A DNA stretch of 64,000 nucleotides, taken from positions 1,010 to 65,009 of the forward strand of contig JBAZKA010000004.1 in the NCBI GenBank assembly GCA_041651015.1. The letters are read 5' to 3'. Below the pieces are notes generated by a model, which ran no database searches, was not told where the DNA came from, and worked only from the letters and a program-made list of their open reading frames with translations. Each line of letters starts with the position of its first letter. The stretch's first letter is position 1. Below are positions 8,107 to 17,490 of this stretch, in pieces. A program made the translations under genes and the position numbers. This DNA is from Patescibacteria group bacterium (GTDB lineage: Bacteria > Patescibacteriota > Patescibacteriia > Magasanikbacterales > GWA2-37-8).

Positions 8107-10125
8107 TTAACTTAAAACTAATTTTTTTTCTTTTTTCTCTTCTTTGTACGCTTCCAAAACATCGCCAACTTCCACATGCAACTTACCCTCATACTGCATA
8201 CCGCATTCGGTTCCTTCCGGCACTTCGTTCACATCCTGTTTGCTCATTTGTAATTTAAAAATTTTACCCGCACCAATTACCTCGCCGGCGCGTTTTACGC
8301 GAACCTTAGCGTCTTTTTGCAATTTTCCCTTTTCGGCCCGGCCGCCCAAAATCATTAAATTTTTCTCGGTGCGGAAAATCGCCATGACTTTAAAATTACC
8401 CAGCTCGGTGACAATCACTTCAGGATTCAAAAGTTTTTCCAATTCGTCTTTAACAAAATTTAATAAGTCGTAAATAATTTTGTATGGTTTAAAATTTACA
8501 CCGCGCGTCACAATCATTTCACTGGCGATGGAAGTCGGCGAAACGTTGAAGCCAAACAAAATTCCTTTGGTCGTTTCCGCGAGAGCCACATCATCCGGGC
8601 TGACATTACCCAAACCCTTGCCTACGACTTTGACCGACACTTCATCATTTTTTAATTTTTCCAGTGAGCCGATAATCGCTTCCAATGAACCGAGAGTATC
8701 GGCTTTCACCACCACATTCAAATATTTTTTCGGTTCATCGGGATTATCATTATTGGTTGAAGAAACCGGGCGTTGCTCAGCGCCGGATTGTTGCGTGCGT
8801 TTGGATTTCAGGTCAATTTGCGTTGCGCTGCCCGCTCCGCCCACGTCCAACACATCGCCGACTTGCGGAGCGACTTTGAAACCCAAAATTCTGATTGGTG
8901 AACTCGGTCCGGCTTCGGTCAAATTTTCTCCGCGATAATTTTTCATGGCCCGGACTTTGCCGTAAATTTCTCCGTTTACCACCAAGGCATCGTTTAATTT
9001 TAGAGTACCGGTCTGCACCAAAATCGTGGCCACCGGGCCTTCACCCTTGTCCACGTGCGCTTCAATCACCGTGCCCGCGGCCGCGCGATTAGGCTCGGCT
9101 TTGATGTCGGCTTCGTGCATATCAGCGAGCAAAAGCAAAGTATCCAATAGTTTATCAATATGTAAATTCTGTTTGGCGGAAATTTCCACCATTGGCACTT
9201 CTCCGCCCCATTCATCGGAAATAATTCCGTGCTGGGAAAGTTCGGTGCGCACACGCATGGCATCAGCGCCTTCTTTGTCAATTTTATTTATAGCCACGAT
9301 CACCGGCAATTTAGCCGCTTTGATAATATTGATCGCCTCCACGGTCTGCGGTTTCACGCCATCATCAGCTGCCACCACCAGGATGGCGATGTCCGCCACT
9401 TTGGCGCCTCGGCTGCGCATAACGGTAAAGGCCTCGTGGCCCGGAGTATCAATAAAAGTAATGGCGCGTTTTTCTTTGTTCTTCGGATCAGTCCAAATAG
9501 TTTGGTACGCGCCGATGTGCTGAGTAATACCACCGGCTTCGGTGTCAATAATATTTGCGTTTCTAACCGCATCCAATAATTTTGTCTTGCCATGGTCAAC
9601 GTGGCCCATGACTATGATGACCGGCGCGCGCATGGTGGTTTTTTCCGAAAGAATTTTTTCCAAATTTTGTGTGTGGGTTTGGTCTGTGTTTTGCGGAGCG
9701 GCTCCCTCGGCAATCGCCTCCACGGTAAAGCCCAAATCCTCGGCAATAATCGCGGCCGTGTCTCGATCCAGAAATTCATTCATGGAAACAAGAATGCCGT
9801 TTTTCATCAATTCCACAATTAATTTATTGAGCGGAACATTCAAAACATTGGATAAATCTTTGACCGTGATACGCCCGGGAATTTTAACCGTCGCCCCGCT
9901 CTGACGGCGAGCTTCTTTTTCCAGTTCTTTTTGTTTTTCCCGTTCCTTTTTTTCCCGATCTTCCAAGACGAATTTTATCCGGCGCCATTCGCGTTGAATT
10001 TGCTGAGCCACACGGTCATCAATCTTTACGGCGCGGGCGCCAAAATCAAAACCAAACTCGGGCAATATTTGCAGAAGTTTTTGCGGGTGGACTCGGAGCT
10101 GGCGGGCAAGGTCGGTGACGTTCAT
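8107..10125 (-). CDS. infB: Translation initiation factor IF-2
   Basis: 672 aa. GTP-binding domain (GHVDHGKT, DTPGH, NKID) and the IF-2 C-terminal beta-barrel. Confidence 0.95.
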   Translation of the reverse strand: MNVTDLARQLRVHPQKLLQILPEFGFDFGARAVKIDDRVAQQIQREWRRIKFVLEDREKKEREKQKELEKEARRQSGATVKIPGRITVKDLSNVLNVPLNKLIVELMKNGILVSMNEFLDRDTAAIIAEDLGFTVEAIAEGAAPQNTDQTHTQNLEKILSEKTTMRAPVIIVMGHVDHGKTKLLDAVRNANIIDTEAGGITQHIGAYQTIWTDPKNKEKRAITFIDTPGHEAFTVMRSRGAKVADIAILVVAADDGVKPQTVEAINIIKAAKLPVIVAINKIDKEGADAMRVRTELSQHGIISDEWGGEVPMVEISAKQNLHIDKLLDTLLLLADMHEADIKAEPNRAAAGTVIEAHVDKGEGPVATILVQTGTLKLNDALVVNGEIYGKVRAMKNYRGENLTEAGPSSPIRILGFKVAPQVGDVLDVGGAGSATQIDLKSKRTQQSGAEQRPVSSTNNDNPDEPKKYLNVVVKADTLGSLEAIIGSLEKLKNDEVSVKVVGKGLGNVSPDDVALAETTKGILFGFNVSPTSIASEMIVTRGVNFKPYKIIYDLLNFVKDELEKLLNPEVIVTELGNFKVMAIFRTEKNLMILGGRAEKGKLQKDAKVRVKRAGEVIGAGKIFKLQMSKQDVNEVPEGTECGMQYEGKLHVEVGDVLEAYKEEKKEKKLVLS

Positions 10126-10226
10126 TGGGTATTTTTACATAAATAATATCTGAAATTATAAGTGATTTTGCGAGAAAAGTCAAATATTGAATGAAATATA
10201 ACCCCCGGCTTAATTGTATTATCGTG

Positions 10227-10255
10227 TTGACAGCAAATTTCAGATGTTTTATAAT
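10227..10255 (+). promoter_or_regulatory. Sigma70-type promoter TTGACA-17-TATAAT
   Basis: TTGACA at 10227-10232, 17-nt spacer, TATAAT at 10250-10255. Followed by the palindromes ttgctatttttagcaa (10265-10280) and atttgcaaat (10281-10290). Confidence 0.55.
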
Positions 10256-10305
10256 GTGTGCAACTTGCTATTTTTAGCAAATTTGCAAATGAAAATCTTG
10301 AATTT

Positions 10306-10330
10306 CACGCCCCGGGCGTGTTTTGATTTT
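10306..10330 (+). terminator. Hairpin cacgccccgggcgtg plus U-run ~50 nt downstream of the promoter (attenuator or end of a small RNA)
   Basis: Perfectly palindromic GC stem followed by ttttgatttt. Confidence 0.4.
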
Positions 10331-10404
10331 AAAGCGTTCTTTCTTAATTAACGGACGAATATCAACAACCGCAACTTGGTTGCGTCAACTGAAGGAGCGA
10401 AGCT

Positions 10405-10728
10405 ATGCTGATGTATCTCGGTACTGTTCCGCACCGCGCCAGTTCTTCATCGCAGGTGTCGTCAATCCCTCCTGTGGCAAAAAAGAATATGGACACGACC
10501 GTAAGTATACGCCATGATGCCATGACAACTTACATGAAGGTCGGCGAAATCGCGCGCATTATGGGGCTCAACGAAGAAAACAGCGCGGTTCTGCTCAACC
10601 ACTACATTGCTGTGGACAGGGACGGATACGCCTTGCTCTTAGTCAGGATGAGTAAGAGCGTGTCTCCGATATTCGAGGCGGCGTACAATAATTTTATAAG
10701 CTATCTTAACGCTCAAATTCTCCGTTAA
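10405..10728 (+). CDS. Hypothetical small protein, possible HTH (YMKVGEIARIMGL)
   Basis: AAGGAG RBS 8 nt upstream of the ATG. Intrinsic terminator follows at 10741-10790. No confident family assignment. Confidence 0.4.
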   Translation: MLMYLGTVPHRASSSSQVSSIPPVAKKNMDTTVSIRHDAMTTYMKVGEIARIMGLNEENSAVLLNHYIAVDRDGYALLLVRMSKSVSPIFEAAYNNFISYLNAQILR

Positions 10729-10740
10729 AATGGGAGAGGT

Positions 10741-10790
10741 CACCCCGCCTCCTCTCCCCCAATTCCTCGAGAACCCATCCCGCCAAAACG
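10741..10790 (+). terminator. Rho-independent terminator-like hairpins
   Basis: gggagagg...cctctccc and cccgcc..ggggtgg stems followed by ttttatttttc. Confidence 0.4.
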
Positions 10791-10834
10791 GGGTGGTTTT
10801 ATTTTTCTTAGTTTATTGATATGATGTTAACACT

Positions 10835-11542
10835 ATGCCATTTCTTCTCGTGGACAAACCTGTTGGCTGGACCAGTTTTGATGTGGTCGGTTTTATCCGT
10901 AAAGAGGAACGCAAAAATATTTCCGCCCAAGGCGGACAGGCCTCGGGCCTGAAAGTCGGTCATGCCGGTACACTGGATCCATTTGCCACCGGTCTTTTGA
11001 TTGTGGCAGTCGGGCGCGAATCCACCAAGCGTTTGGATGAATTTAAAAAATTACCAAAAACATATATCGCCACTGTGCGGTTGGGGGCGACATCGGATAC
11101 AGATGATTGTACTGGCCAAATTTCCAATGTCAAATTTCCAATGTCAAATCAAGCTCAAAATCCAAATGACAAAATCCCCGACCAAGCGCAAATCAAAAAA
11201 ACTTTACAAACATTTATCGGCGAGCAAGAACAAGTCCCGCCCCGATACTCGGCCAAAAAAATTAACGGTCAAAAAATGTATTCAATGGCCCGGGCCGGAA
11301 AAGATTTTGTCCGCGAACCATCGGTTATCCACATTTATGATATAGAACTATTGGATTACACCTGGCCCGACCTAAAAATCAAAATTGATTGCGGGTGTGG
11401 CACCTACATTCGCTCGCTGGCCCGCGATTTGGGCGAGGCTTTGGGTGTGGGCGGATATTGCGCTGAACTGAGGAGGACGAGAATTGGTGATAACAAAATT
11501 GAGGACGCCATTGCGATTTCCGACCTAAAAATAGGCCGTTGA
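10835..11542 (+). CDS. truB: tRNA pseudouridine(55) synthase
   Basis: 235 aa. N-terminus MPFLLVDKPVGWTSFDVV and catalytic HAGTLDP motif. Confidence 0.9.
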   Translation: MPFLLVDKPVGWTSFDVVGFIRKEERKNISAQGGQASGLKVGHAGTLDPFATGLLIVAVGRESTKRLDEFKKLPKTYIATVRLGATSDTDDCTGQISNVKFPMSNQAQNPNDKIPDQAQIKKTLQTFIGEQEQVPPRYSAKKINGQKMYSMARAGKDFVREPSVIHIYDIELLDYTWPDLKIKIDCGCGTYIRSLARDLGEALGVGGYCAELRRTRIGDNKIEDAIAISDLKIGR

Positions 11543-11839
11543 CACCAGTCCATTTTTGTGTTATCCTACCTGCAACTTAATTAATCAGGACATTTGAGCA
11601 ATAACGAAACGAAGAAACTCCCCACCGGCTGAACACGACCTCGCGGAATATATAAAAGCCATTATGTTTGCGGAACTCTACGTAAAAACAATGCTTTCCA
11701 AAGCCACATTGACCGAAAAACTAATCGGTTAATTTTCGTAGTCAGGCAAACTTCTTCCACTCGTCATTCGCTCAAATGCCATTTTGAGAATTTTTTGTCC
11801 TGTTAAATACAGGCAATTAATCTCATTTAACAGGATAAA

Positions 11840-13367
11840 TATGAATACATTAATTTGGGCGGGTATTGCCATTATCGCCGCGGGGCTCGGCGTCACCGCC
11901 GGTTATTTTTGGCGCAAAAAAATGGCTACCTCCATGGCCAATTCCATGGAAGCCAAGGCGGAAAAAATCCTTGCCGAAGCCAAAACCAAATATCAAGAAT
12001 CCATCTTGGAAGCCAAAGAGAAAGCCGTGCAAATGATGGAAGAGACCAAGCGCGAGGAACGCAAAATGCGCCAGGACATGCAATCAGCGCAACAGCGTTT
12101 GGAAAAACGCGAAAGCATGTTTGACCAAAAACTTTTGGAATTCCAAGACAAGCAAACCAAGCTGCAAGAAAAGATAGACCACATCACCAATATCAAAACT
12201 GAAATTGAAAAATTGCGCGACCAAGAATTCCAAAAATTGCAAAGCGTGGCCGGTATGACGCGCGACGAGGCCAAAAATCTTCTGATGGAAAAAGTTGAAG
12301 AAGACAGTAAAACGGATTTAATGGGACGCATTATCAAATTGGAAAAAGAATCATCTGAAGCCTTTGAAGACAAAGCGCGCAATGTCATTGTCACCGCCAT
12401 TCAACGCTGTGCCTCGTCACACGCGGCCGAGACCACTTCCACGGCCGTCACTCTGCCGAGTGATGAAATGAAAGGACGCATTATCGGCAAAGAAGGCCGT
12501 AACATTAAGATGATAGAAAAACTCACCGGCTGTGAACTCATCATTGATGAAACTCCGGAAGTGATTACCGTATCCGGTTTCTCCCCCATTCGCCGTCAGG
12601 TGGCCAAACTCGCTTTGGAAAAATTAATGGAAGATGGACGCATCCAGCCGGCGCGCATTGAAGAATTTGTGGAAAAAGCCAAACAGGATTTGGCTTTGGA
12701 CATCAAAAAAGCCGGCGAAGAAGCGCTCTACAAAATGGGTATCACCGGTATTGACCCGAAATTAGTCGGCATTGTCGGACGCCTCAAATACCGCACTTCT
12801 TACGGCCAAAATATATTGAATCATTCCATGGAGGTTGGTTATCTCGCCGGCATTATTGCCTCGGAACTCGGTATTGACGCGGCCAAAGCCAAAAAATGCG
12901 GTTTCTTCCACGACATCGGTAAATCCGTTGACCAGGAAACTCAGGGCTCGCATCCGGAGATTGGCTATGCCATCATGAAAAAATTCAACATGGATGAGGA
13001 CTTGGCCCAAGCCTCGCTCACCCATCATATGGACAAGCCGTACAATATTTTTGCCACTGTGGTCAAAGCGGCTGATGCCATTTCCGGCGCCAGATTTGGC
13101 GCGCGCAAAGATTCTTACGAACAATTCGTCGCCCGCTTGGAAGAATTGGAAAAAGTGGCCGGTGATTTCCCGGGCATTGAAAAAGTTTACGCCATCCAGG
13201 CCGGACGTGAAGTGCGCGTCTTTGTGAAGCCGAATGAAATTGATGATTACGCCGCTTATCAGCTGGCCAAGGACATCGCCCGAAAAATTGAACAAGAATT
13301 ACAATATCCGGGTGAAATTAAAATCACCTTACTCCGCGAAACCAGAGTGATTGAATACGCCAAGTAA
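11840..13367 (+). CDS. rny: Ribonuclease Y
   Basis: N-terminal TM helix, coiled coil, KH domain (GRIIGKEGRNIK) and HD domain (FHDIGK). Start chosen at MNTLIWAG (ATG 11840) rather than the upstream alternative start in the ORF track. Confidence 0.9.
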
Positions 13368-13395
13368 GTTGAAAGTCAAAAAGTTGTAAAGTTCA

Positions 13396-13428
13396 AAAAG
13401 TCCCCGTAAATTCTACGAGGACTTTTTG
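13396..13428 (+). terminator. Intrinsic terminator after rny
   Basis: aaaagtcc-(16 nt loop)-ggacttttt. Confidence 0.5.
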
Positions 13429-13518
13429 ATTTATCATTTTAGCCTTGTGGACAAATCTTTGCTCAATACAGCAAAAAATGCTATTATAAATACGAGGTAA
13501 AAGTTTATATAGATATAT

Positions 13519-13558
13519 ACTTTATAAACTTTATAACTTTACAAACTTTATAAACTCG
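13519..13558. repeat. AACTTTAYAA repeat array upstream of hup
   Basis: tactttataaactttataactttacaaactttataaactcg. About 90% identical to 53023-53065 and related to 7584-7691. Confidence 0.55.
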
Positions 13559-13577
13559 TAAGAAAGGGGGTGACCCT

Positions 13578-13856
13578 ATGAATAAAGCAGAATTAGCTCA
13601 AGTTCTCTCTGAGAAATTGAACATCTCCAAAAAAGAAGCCGAAGACATGGTCAATACCACCGTTGATGTGATTATTGAAACTTTGACCAAAGGCGATGAA
13701 GTTGTTTTGACCGGTTTTGGCGCTTTCAGCGTCAAACAGCGCGCGGCTCGCGTTGGCGTCAATCCGCAAAATCCGACCGAGAAAATTCAAATCCCGGCGG
13801 TAAAAGTTCCGAAATTCAAGGCTGGCAAAGCATTGAAAGATGCACTCAAGAAGTAA
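13578..13856 (+). CDS. hup: DNA-binding protein HU
   Basis: 92 aa. MNKAELAQVLSEKLNISKKEAEDMV...GFGAFSVKQRAARVGVNPQNPTEKIQIPA is canonical HU. Confidence 0.9.
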   Translation: MNKAELAQVLSEKLNISKKEAEDMVNTTVDVIIETLTKGDEVVLTGFGAFSVKQRAARVGVNPQNPTEKIQIPAVKVPKFKAGKALKDALKK

Positions 13857-13872
13857 TTTTTTTCTAAAAAAT

Positions 13873-13903
13873 CCTTCCGCCATGGGCGGAGGGATTTTTG
13901 TTT
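13873..13903 (+). terminator. Intrinsic terminator after hup
   Basis: ccttccgcc-atgg-gcggaggg followed by atttttgtttt. Confidence 0.6.
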
Positions 13904-13977
13904 TCATGGTTTGCCCGGCAGAGCTCCGCGAGATTCTGCTGGGCACGCCCGGCAGAGGCCGAAGGCATTCTGCCGGG

Positions 13978-14006
13978 TTGACAAAACCTCATTTTTATGA
14001 TTTACT
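13978..14006 (+). promoter_or_regulatory. Putative promoter TTGACA-17-TTTACT for the 14041 gene, preceded by two tandem GC hairpins (13913-13977)
   Basis: TTGACA at 13978-13983 and TTTACT at 14001-14006. The hairpins share the arm cccggcaga. Confidence 0.4.
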
Positions 14007-14040
14007 TAAAGTCGTCAACCAAAACGAGGAGGAGAATAAA

Positions 14041-14394
14041 ATGGGAGAGGTAGTTCGCTTGAAAACACGTTATCTCATCTGGCCAGAAAACGCCGATACA
14101 ATGGAAAAAATCGCCGTTCATCTTATCGAAAGAGGACGGCCAATCACGGAGGACAGAATCACTTCCTACCGCGATTGGAAAGGAAACGAGCTCACCCTGA
14201 TTGAGATAGAAAAGCCGGATGCTTATTATTTCAAGGATATGAAGAGCGGTTGCTGGCTTAAATTCCGTCTATTCAAGCAGGACCCTGGAAGAACTATTCG
14301 GGAGATAACATTCTCATTTCCGAAAAAGTCGCCGCGGCGCGCGCGTCTCGGAATCAAACAGGTCGCCGCCAAGGGCACGACCGATCACGCATAG
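14041..14394 (+). CDS. Hypothetical protein (117 aa)
   Basis: GAGGAGGA RBS 6 nt upstream of ATG 14041. Terminator hairpin with GCAA tetraloop plus T-run at ~14428-14452. Local GC is higher than surroundings. Confidence 0.5.
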   Translation: MGEVVRLKTRYLIWPENADTMEKIAVHLIERGRPITEDRITSYRDWKGNELTLIEIEKPDAYYFKDMKSGCWLKFRLFKQDPGRTIREITFSFPKKSPRRARLGIKQVAAKGTTDHA

Positions 14395-14550
14395 CAGCAC
14401 CTTTCGCAACACACCACAACGGCGGTCGCAAGATCGTCGTTTTTTTATTTCCAATATTGACAAAAACGTGAAATAATGGTTAGGTTAATCGGGGGGAACG
14501 AACATTTAACAATTCAAAGCCAAGGGCTTTGCCGCACAGGAGGAAAAATC

Positions 14551-15057
14551 ATGGAAAGAATCGGCAGACTGCCACAAGTTGCCAGTTTACTGGGTATAAC
14601 AATCCCCGAAGAACTCTTGAAAGAAATAGAAAACGGGTTAACGCTCGCGGACATCATAGAGAACCCACGTCGGCCTTTACCGGACATGCTGGATATTGAT
14701 GACGTGATTTTACTCTGGGTATACCTGGAAAACCGCAGAGATGAGCTGAATAAGTACGTGCAACAATTTCTCGGCTCCATTCCCCCGGACAAACGTCCAC
14801 CCGAAAATGATTTTGAAGCGTGGAAACAATTCCGCGCCGACGCCTATGATGATTCGTTCGAGCAAAAAATCGCCATGATGCAACTGATACGAATCGCAAA
14901 GACATTTGGAAATTGGCTGTACATTATCAACTTTGCCAAGCACGAATGTGTAAAAATAATCTCGGCCATTGCTCTGCGAGACAAGGCTCAAGGAGAAATC
15001 CAGGAACAAATGGCTGGGCGAAAACTGGAAGAAGTCGGTATTGGTTCATTGCCATAG
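14551..15057 (+). CDS. Hypothetical protein (168 aa)
   Basis: AGGAGG RBS upstream of ATG 14551 (MERIGRLPQV...). No recognisable family. Confidence 0.5.
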   Translation: MERIGRLPQVASLLGITIPEELLKEIENGLTLADIIENPRRPLPDMLDIDDVILLWVYLENRRDELNKYVQQFLGSIPPDKRPPENDFEAWKQFRADAYDDSFEQKIAMMQLIRIAKTFGNWLYIINFAKHECVKIISAIALRDKAQGEIQEQMAGRKLEEVGIGSLP

Positions 15058-15116
15058 CGAAACAAGTCCGCCCTGCCTCGCGTCTAACAAACGCGGGGCA
15101 ATTTATATTTACCAAC

Positions 15117-15145
15117 TTGACAATTTATCAAAAATGGCGTACAAT
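15117..15145 (+). promoter_or_regulatory. Promoter TTGACA-17-TACAAT for tRNA-Glu
   Basis: TTGACA at 15117-15122, TACAAT at 15140-15145, about 26 nt upstream of the tRNA 5' end. Confidence 0.6.
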
Positions 15146-15171
15146 AGCCGACATAATTTGGTCGCAAACAT

Positions 15172-15243
15172 GGCCCCATCGTCTAGTGGTTAGGACACCT
15201 CGCTTTCAATGAGGTAACACGGGTCCGATTCCCGTTGGGGCTA
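15172..15243 (+). tRNA. tRNA-Glu (anticodon TTC)
   Basis: Manual fold: acceptor GGCCCCA/TGGGGCT, D-arm TCGTCTAGTGGTTAGGACA, anticodon stem CCTCG/TGAGG with loop CTTTCAA, T-arm CGGGTCCGATTCCCG. No encoded CCA. Confidence 0.85.
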
Positions 15244-15292
15244 CAAAATATCTCGGGCACTAATCTTCACTCTTAGGAGGGAGTAAAAACGG

Positions 15293-16105
15293 ATGGAAAA
15301 TAAATTTAATGTCGCCATTGTACAATTTGAAATTTCCCATCTCAATCCCGCAGAAAATCTTCGCCGCGCGGAAAGTTTTATTGCCGAGGCTGCGCAAAAA
15401 AACGCGCAGGTAATTGTATTTCCCGAGGACTTTATGACCGGATCAATTTTTGGCGATTTACGCCATCTGGATCGCGATCATAATTTTTTACAATATTTTC
15501 AAACTCTGGCGAGAAAATATCACATTGATATTATAAGCGGTTCGTGGATGGAAGAAACACCGAATGGGGCTTTTAGCACGACCAGCTACATTGATTATAA
15601 AGGAAATGTACTGGGCGAGTATCACAAAAACCATCTATATCTTTCGGAAAGAAATTTTCTTAAACCAGGAACCAACATCGCCGTTTTTGACACGCGATTC
15701 GGTCGCGCGGGACTTATAATTTGTTGGGATATTATGTATCCGGAAATATTCGCGCGTATGAACGAACTCGGCGTACAAATTGTCTATTGCGTAAGTTATT
15801 GGTACAAAGAAATAACTGGTGACGGCGCCGCGATCAATCCCAACGCCGAGGAGGCTCACATTGACGCGCTTTGCCTCGCTCGCGCGGTTGAAAATAATGT
15901 CGCCTTTATATATGCAAACGCCGCCGGCACAATGCATTTTTCCGATAACACTTCCGATTGCCTCATCGGCCATTCGCAAATAAATTTGCCGATTGCGGGC
16001 ACGATCGCCAAATTAGGCCACAACCAAGAAGGCATGTTGATGGCTTTAACCGACATCTCGGTGCTTAACACGGCGAGAGAGATTTATAAAATTCGCGAAT
16101 ATTAG
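15293..16105 (+). CDS. Carbon-nitrogen hydrolase (nitrilase superfamily)
   Basis: 270 aa. VAIVQFEI...VFPE (catalytic Glu), ...YHK..., ...ICWD (catalytic Cys) pattern. AGGAGG RBS present. Confidence 0.8.
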   Translation: MENKFNVAIVQFEISHLNPAENLRRAESFIAEAAQKNAQVIVFPEDFMTGSIFGDLRHLDRDHNFLQYFQTLARKYHIDIISGSWMEETPNGAFSTTSYIDYKGNVLGEYHKNHLYLSERNFLKPGTNIAVFDTRFGRAGLIICWDIMYPEIFARMNELGVQIVYCVSYWYKEITGDGAAINPNAEEAHIDALCLARAVENNVAFIYANAAGTMHFSDNTSDCLIGHSQINLPIAGTIAKLGHNQEGMLMALTDISVLNTAREIYKIREY

Positions 16106-16145
16106 AATGCTATACTTAATAAAATAAAGAATCATCGCATGTAGT

Positions 16146-17003
16146 ATGGAATATAAAAATATCAACATTATTAAAGAAACCAAAGATTTGTCAATATTCA
16201 TTGCGGAAGACAATGGAAATAAATTTTTTTATAAGAAACCACGGACGAAAGATGGCGAAATCAAAAACACACGTGAATTTAATAACCAAAAGTTTCTGCT
16301 AAAAATAACCCATGAAAAAAATGTTGGGTTTGAATTTTTAGAGCCAAAATTTGAAGACAAAACATTAATTTACCCGGACATAAACCAATTTGGTGTTTTT
16401 TTGGCTAAAAGCGAAGCACCAGCTGATAACCACACGCAATTCTCAACTTACTCGGAAGAAATGATAAAATTTATTAAATTTTGTCTGCAAATACCTTATT
16501 CTGGAATACCTGAAGCTATCAAAATTGACAGTCAAACAAGAAAGAACAATATTCTTAACAAATTTAACACGGATGGTGAATTGTTGGCATCAACAGGTTT
16601 AATTTCAAAAAAGGAAATAAATAATATAGAAAATATTATAGGGAACGGACTGAGAAAAATGGCGTTTCAACACCATGATTTAGTACCGTGGCATATGGCT
16701 CGTAAAACAGAAGATCAAAAACTTATTCTTATTGACTCCGGATGGAGCGGCTGGTCTCTTAAATACTATGATGTCGCCTATTATGTTTTACAAATGACGG
16801 GTTACGCGAGAAAAAAAGATGACGCTTTTGCGCTTCTGGAAAAAGTTAAAAATGAATTTAGGGATGACGCCGAATTACACAGTTCCCTCGCCGCCTCATT
16901 TGGATATCGTGGAATTAGATTAGCCGCCGAATTAGAAAGAATTGGAAAAATTGAAGAAGCCAAAGATGTGATTATTGTTTTGCTGTCACAAATAAATGAA
17001 TAA
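16146..17003 (+). CDS. Hypothetical protein with aminoglycoside/choline-kinase-like (APH fold) motifs; markedly AT-rich
   Basis: HHDLVPWHM...LILIDSGWSGW resembles the HGDxxxxN...IDxE catalytic and Mg-binding motifs of APH/ChoK-family kinases. GC about 33% versus ~43% in neighbours. Confidence 0.45.
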   Translation: MEYKNINIIKETKDLSIFIAEDNGNKFFYKKPRTKDGEIKNTREFNNQKFLLKITHEKNVGFEFLEPKFEDKTLIYPDINQFGVFLAKSEAPADNHTQFSTYSEEMIKFIKFCLQIPYSGIPEAIKIDSQTRKNNILNKFNTDGELLASTGLISKKEINNIENIIGNGLRKMAFQHHDLVPWHMARKTEDQKLILIDSGWSGWSLKYYDVAYYVLQMTGYARKKDDAFALLEKVKNEFRDDAELHSSLAASFGYRGIRLAAELERIGKIEEAKDVIIVLLSQINE

Positions 17004-17098
17004 ATTTTGTTGTCATTTAATTACCTGCATTGAAAAAATATATTTTGCATTATCCTCCGCAAACTGGTATAATATTTCGGATTATTATCCGAATAAAT

Positions 17099-17398
17099 AT
17101 GGGATACATATTCAATACTAATTCACAAAAAATCGCCAAGATAAACGATGACGGTGACGTGCATAGCATGAGCGATAGACATCTGGGAAAAGTGCATGGC
17201 GATGGCGCGATTTTTGATACTGATGGTCATCGGGTCGGGCATGTTGACTCAACCGGAAAAGTCTTTGACACCGAGCACCATATCGGCAGTGTGCATAGCG
17301 ACGGCGGAATCTTTGATACGGCCAACCACCATTTGGGCCGAGCCGAACCGCCACACATGGAATTCGGTGGCGCCGCGTTATTATTACTTATCAGATAA
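17099..17398 (+). CDS. Small His-rich repeat protein (about 4 x 16-17-aa HxxGxVxxDGxIFDTxx repeats)
   Basis: Start at MGYIF (ATG 17099) because the upstream alternative start lies inside a TTGCAT-17-TGgTATAAT promoter (17055-17083). Repeats HLGKVHGDGAIFDTDG / HRVGHVDSTGKVFDTEH / HIGSVHSDGGIFDTAN. Confidence 0.45.
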   Translation: MGYIFNTNSQKIAKINDDGDVHSMSDRHLGKVHGDGAIFDTDGHRVGHVDSTGKVFDTEHHIGSVHSDGGIFDTANHHLGRAEPPHMEFGGAALLLLIR

Positions 17399-17490
17399 CT
17401 CTTCCAATGACATAAATTCAACCATCAAATCCTACGGGATGACGGGATTTTAGCGTTAATATTTTTTAATCATAATTGCACAATAATAGT

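Noticed and set aside
8144-10146. Plus-strand ORFs (109-165 aa) overlapping infB
   Set aside because: Antisense to a high-confidence infB. No RBS and no recognisable products.
17030-17098. Longer N-terminal extension (MKKYILHYPP...) for the His-rich protein
   Set aside because: The extension would start inside the TTGCAT-17-TGgTATAAT promoter. The ATG at 17099 is the first start downstream of the predicted +1.
17399-17490. Possible SAM riboswitch upstream of metK
   Set aside because: Only ~90 nt of leader and no SAM-I/II-like conserved stems recognisable.
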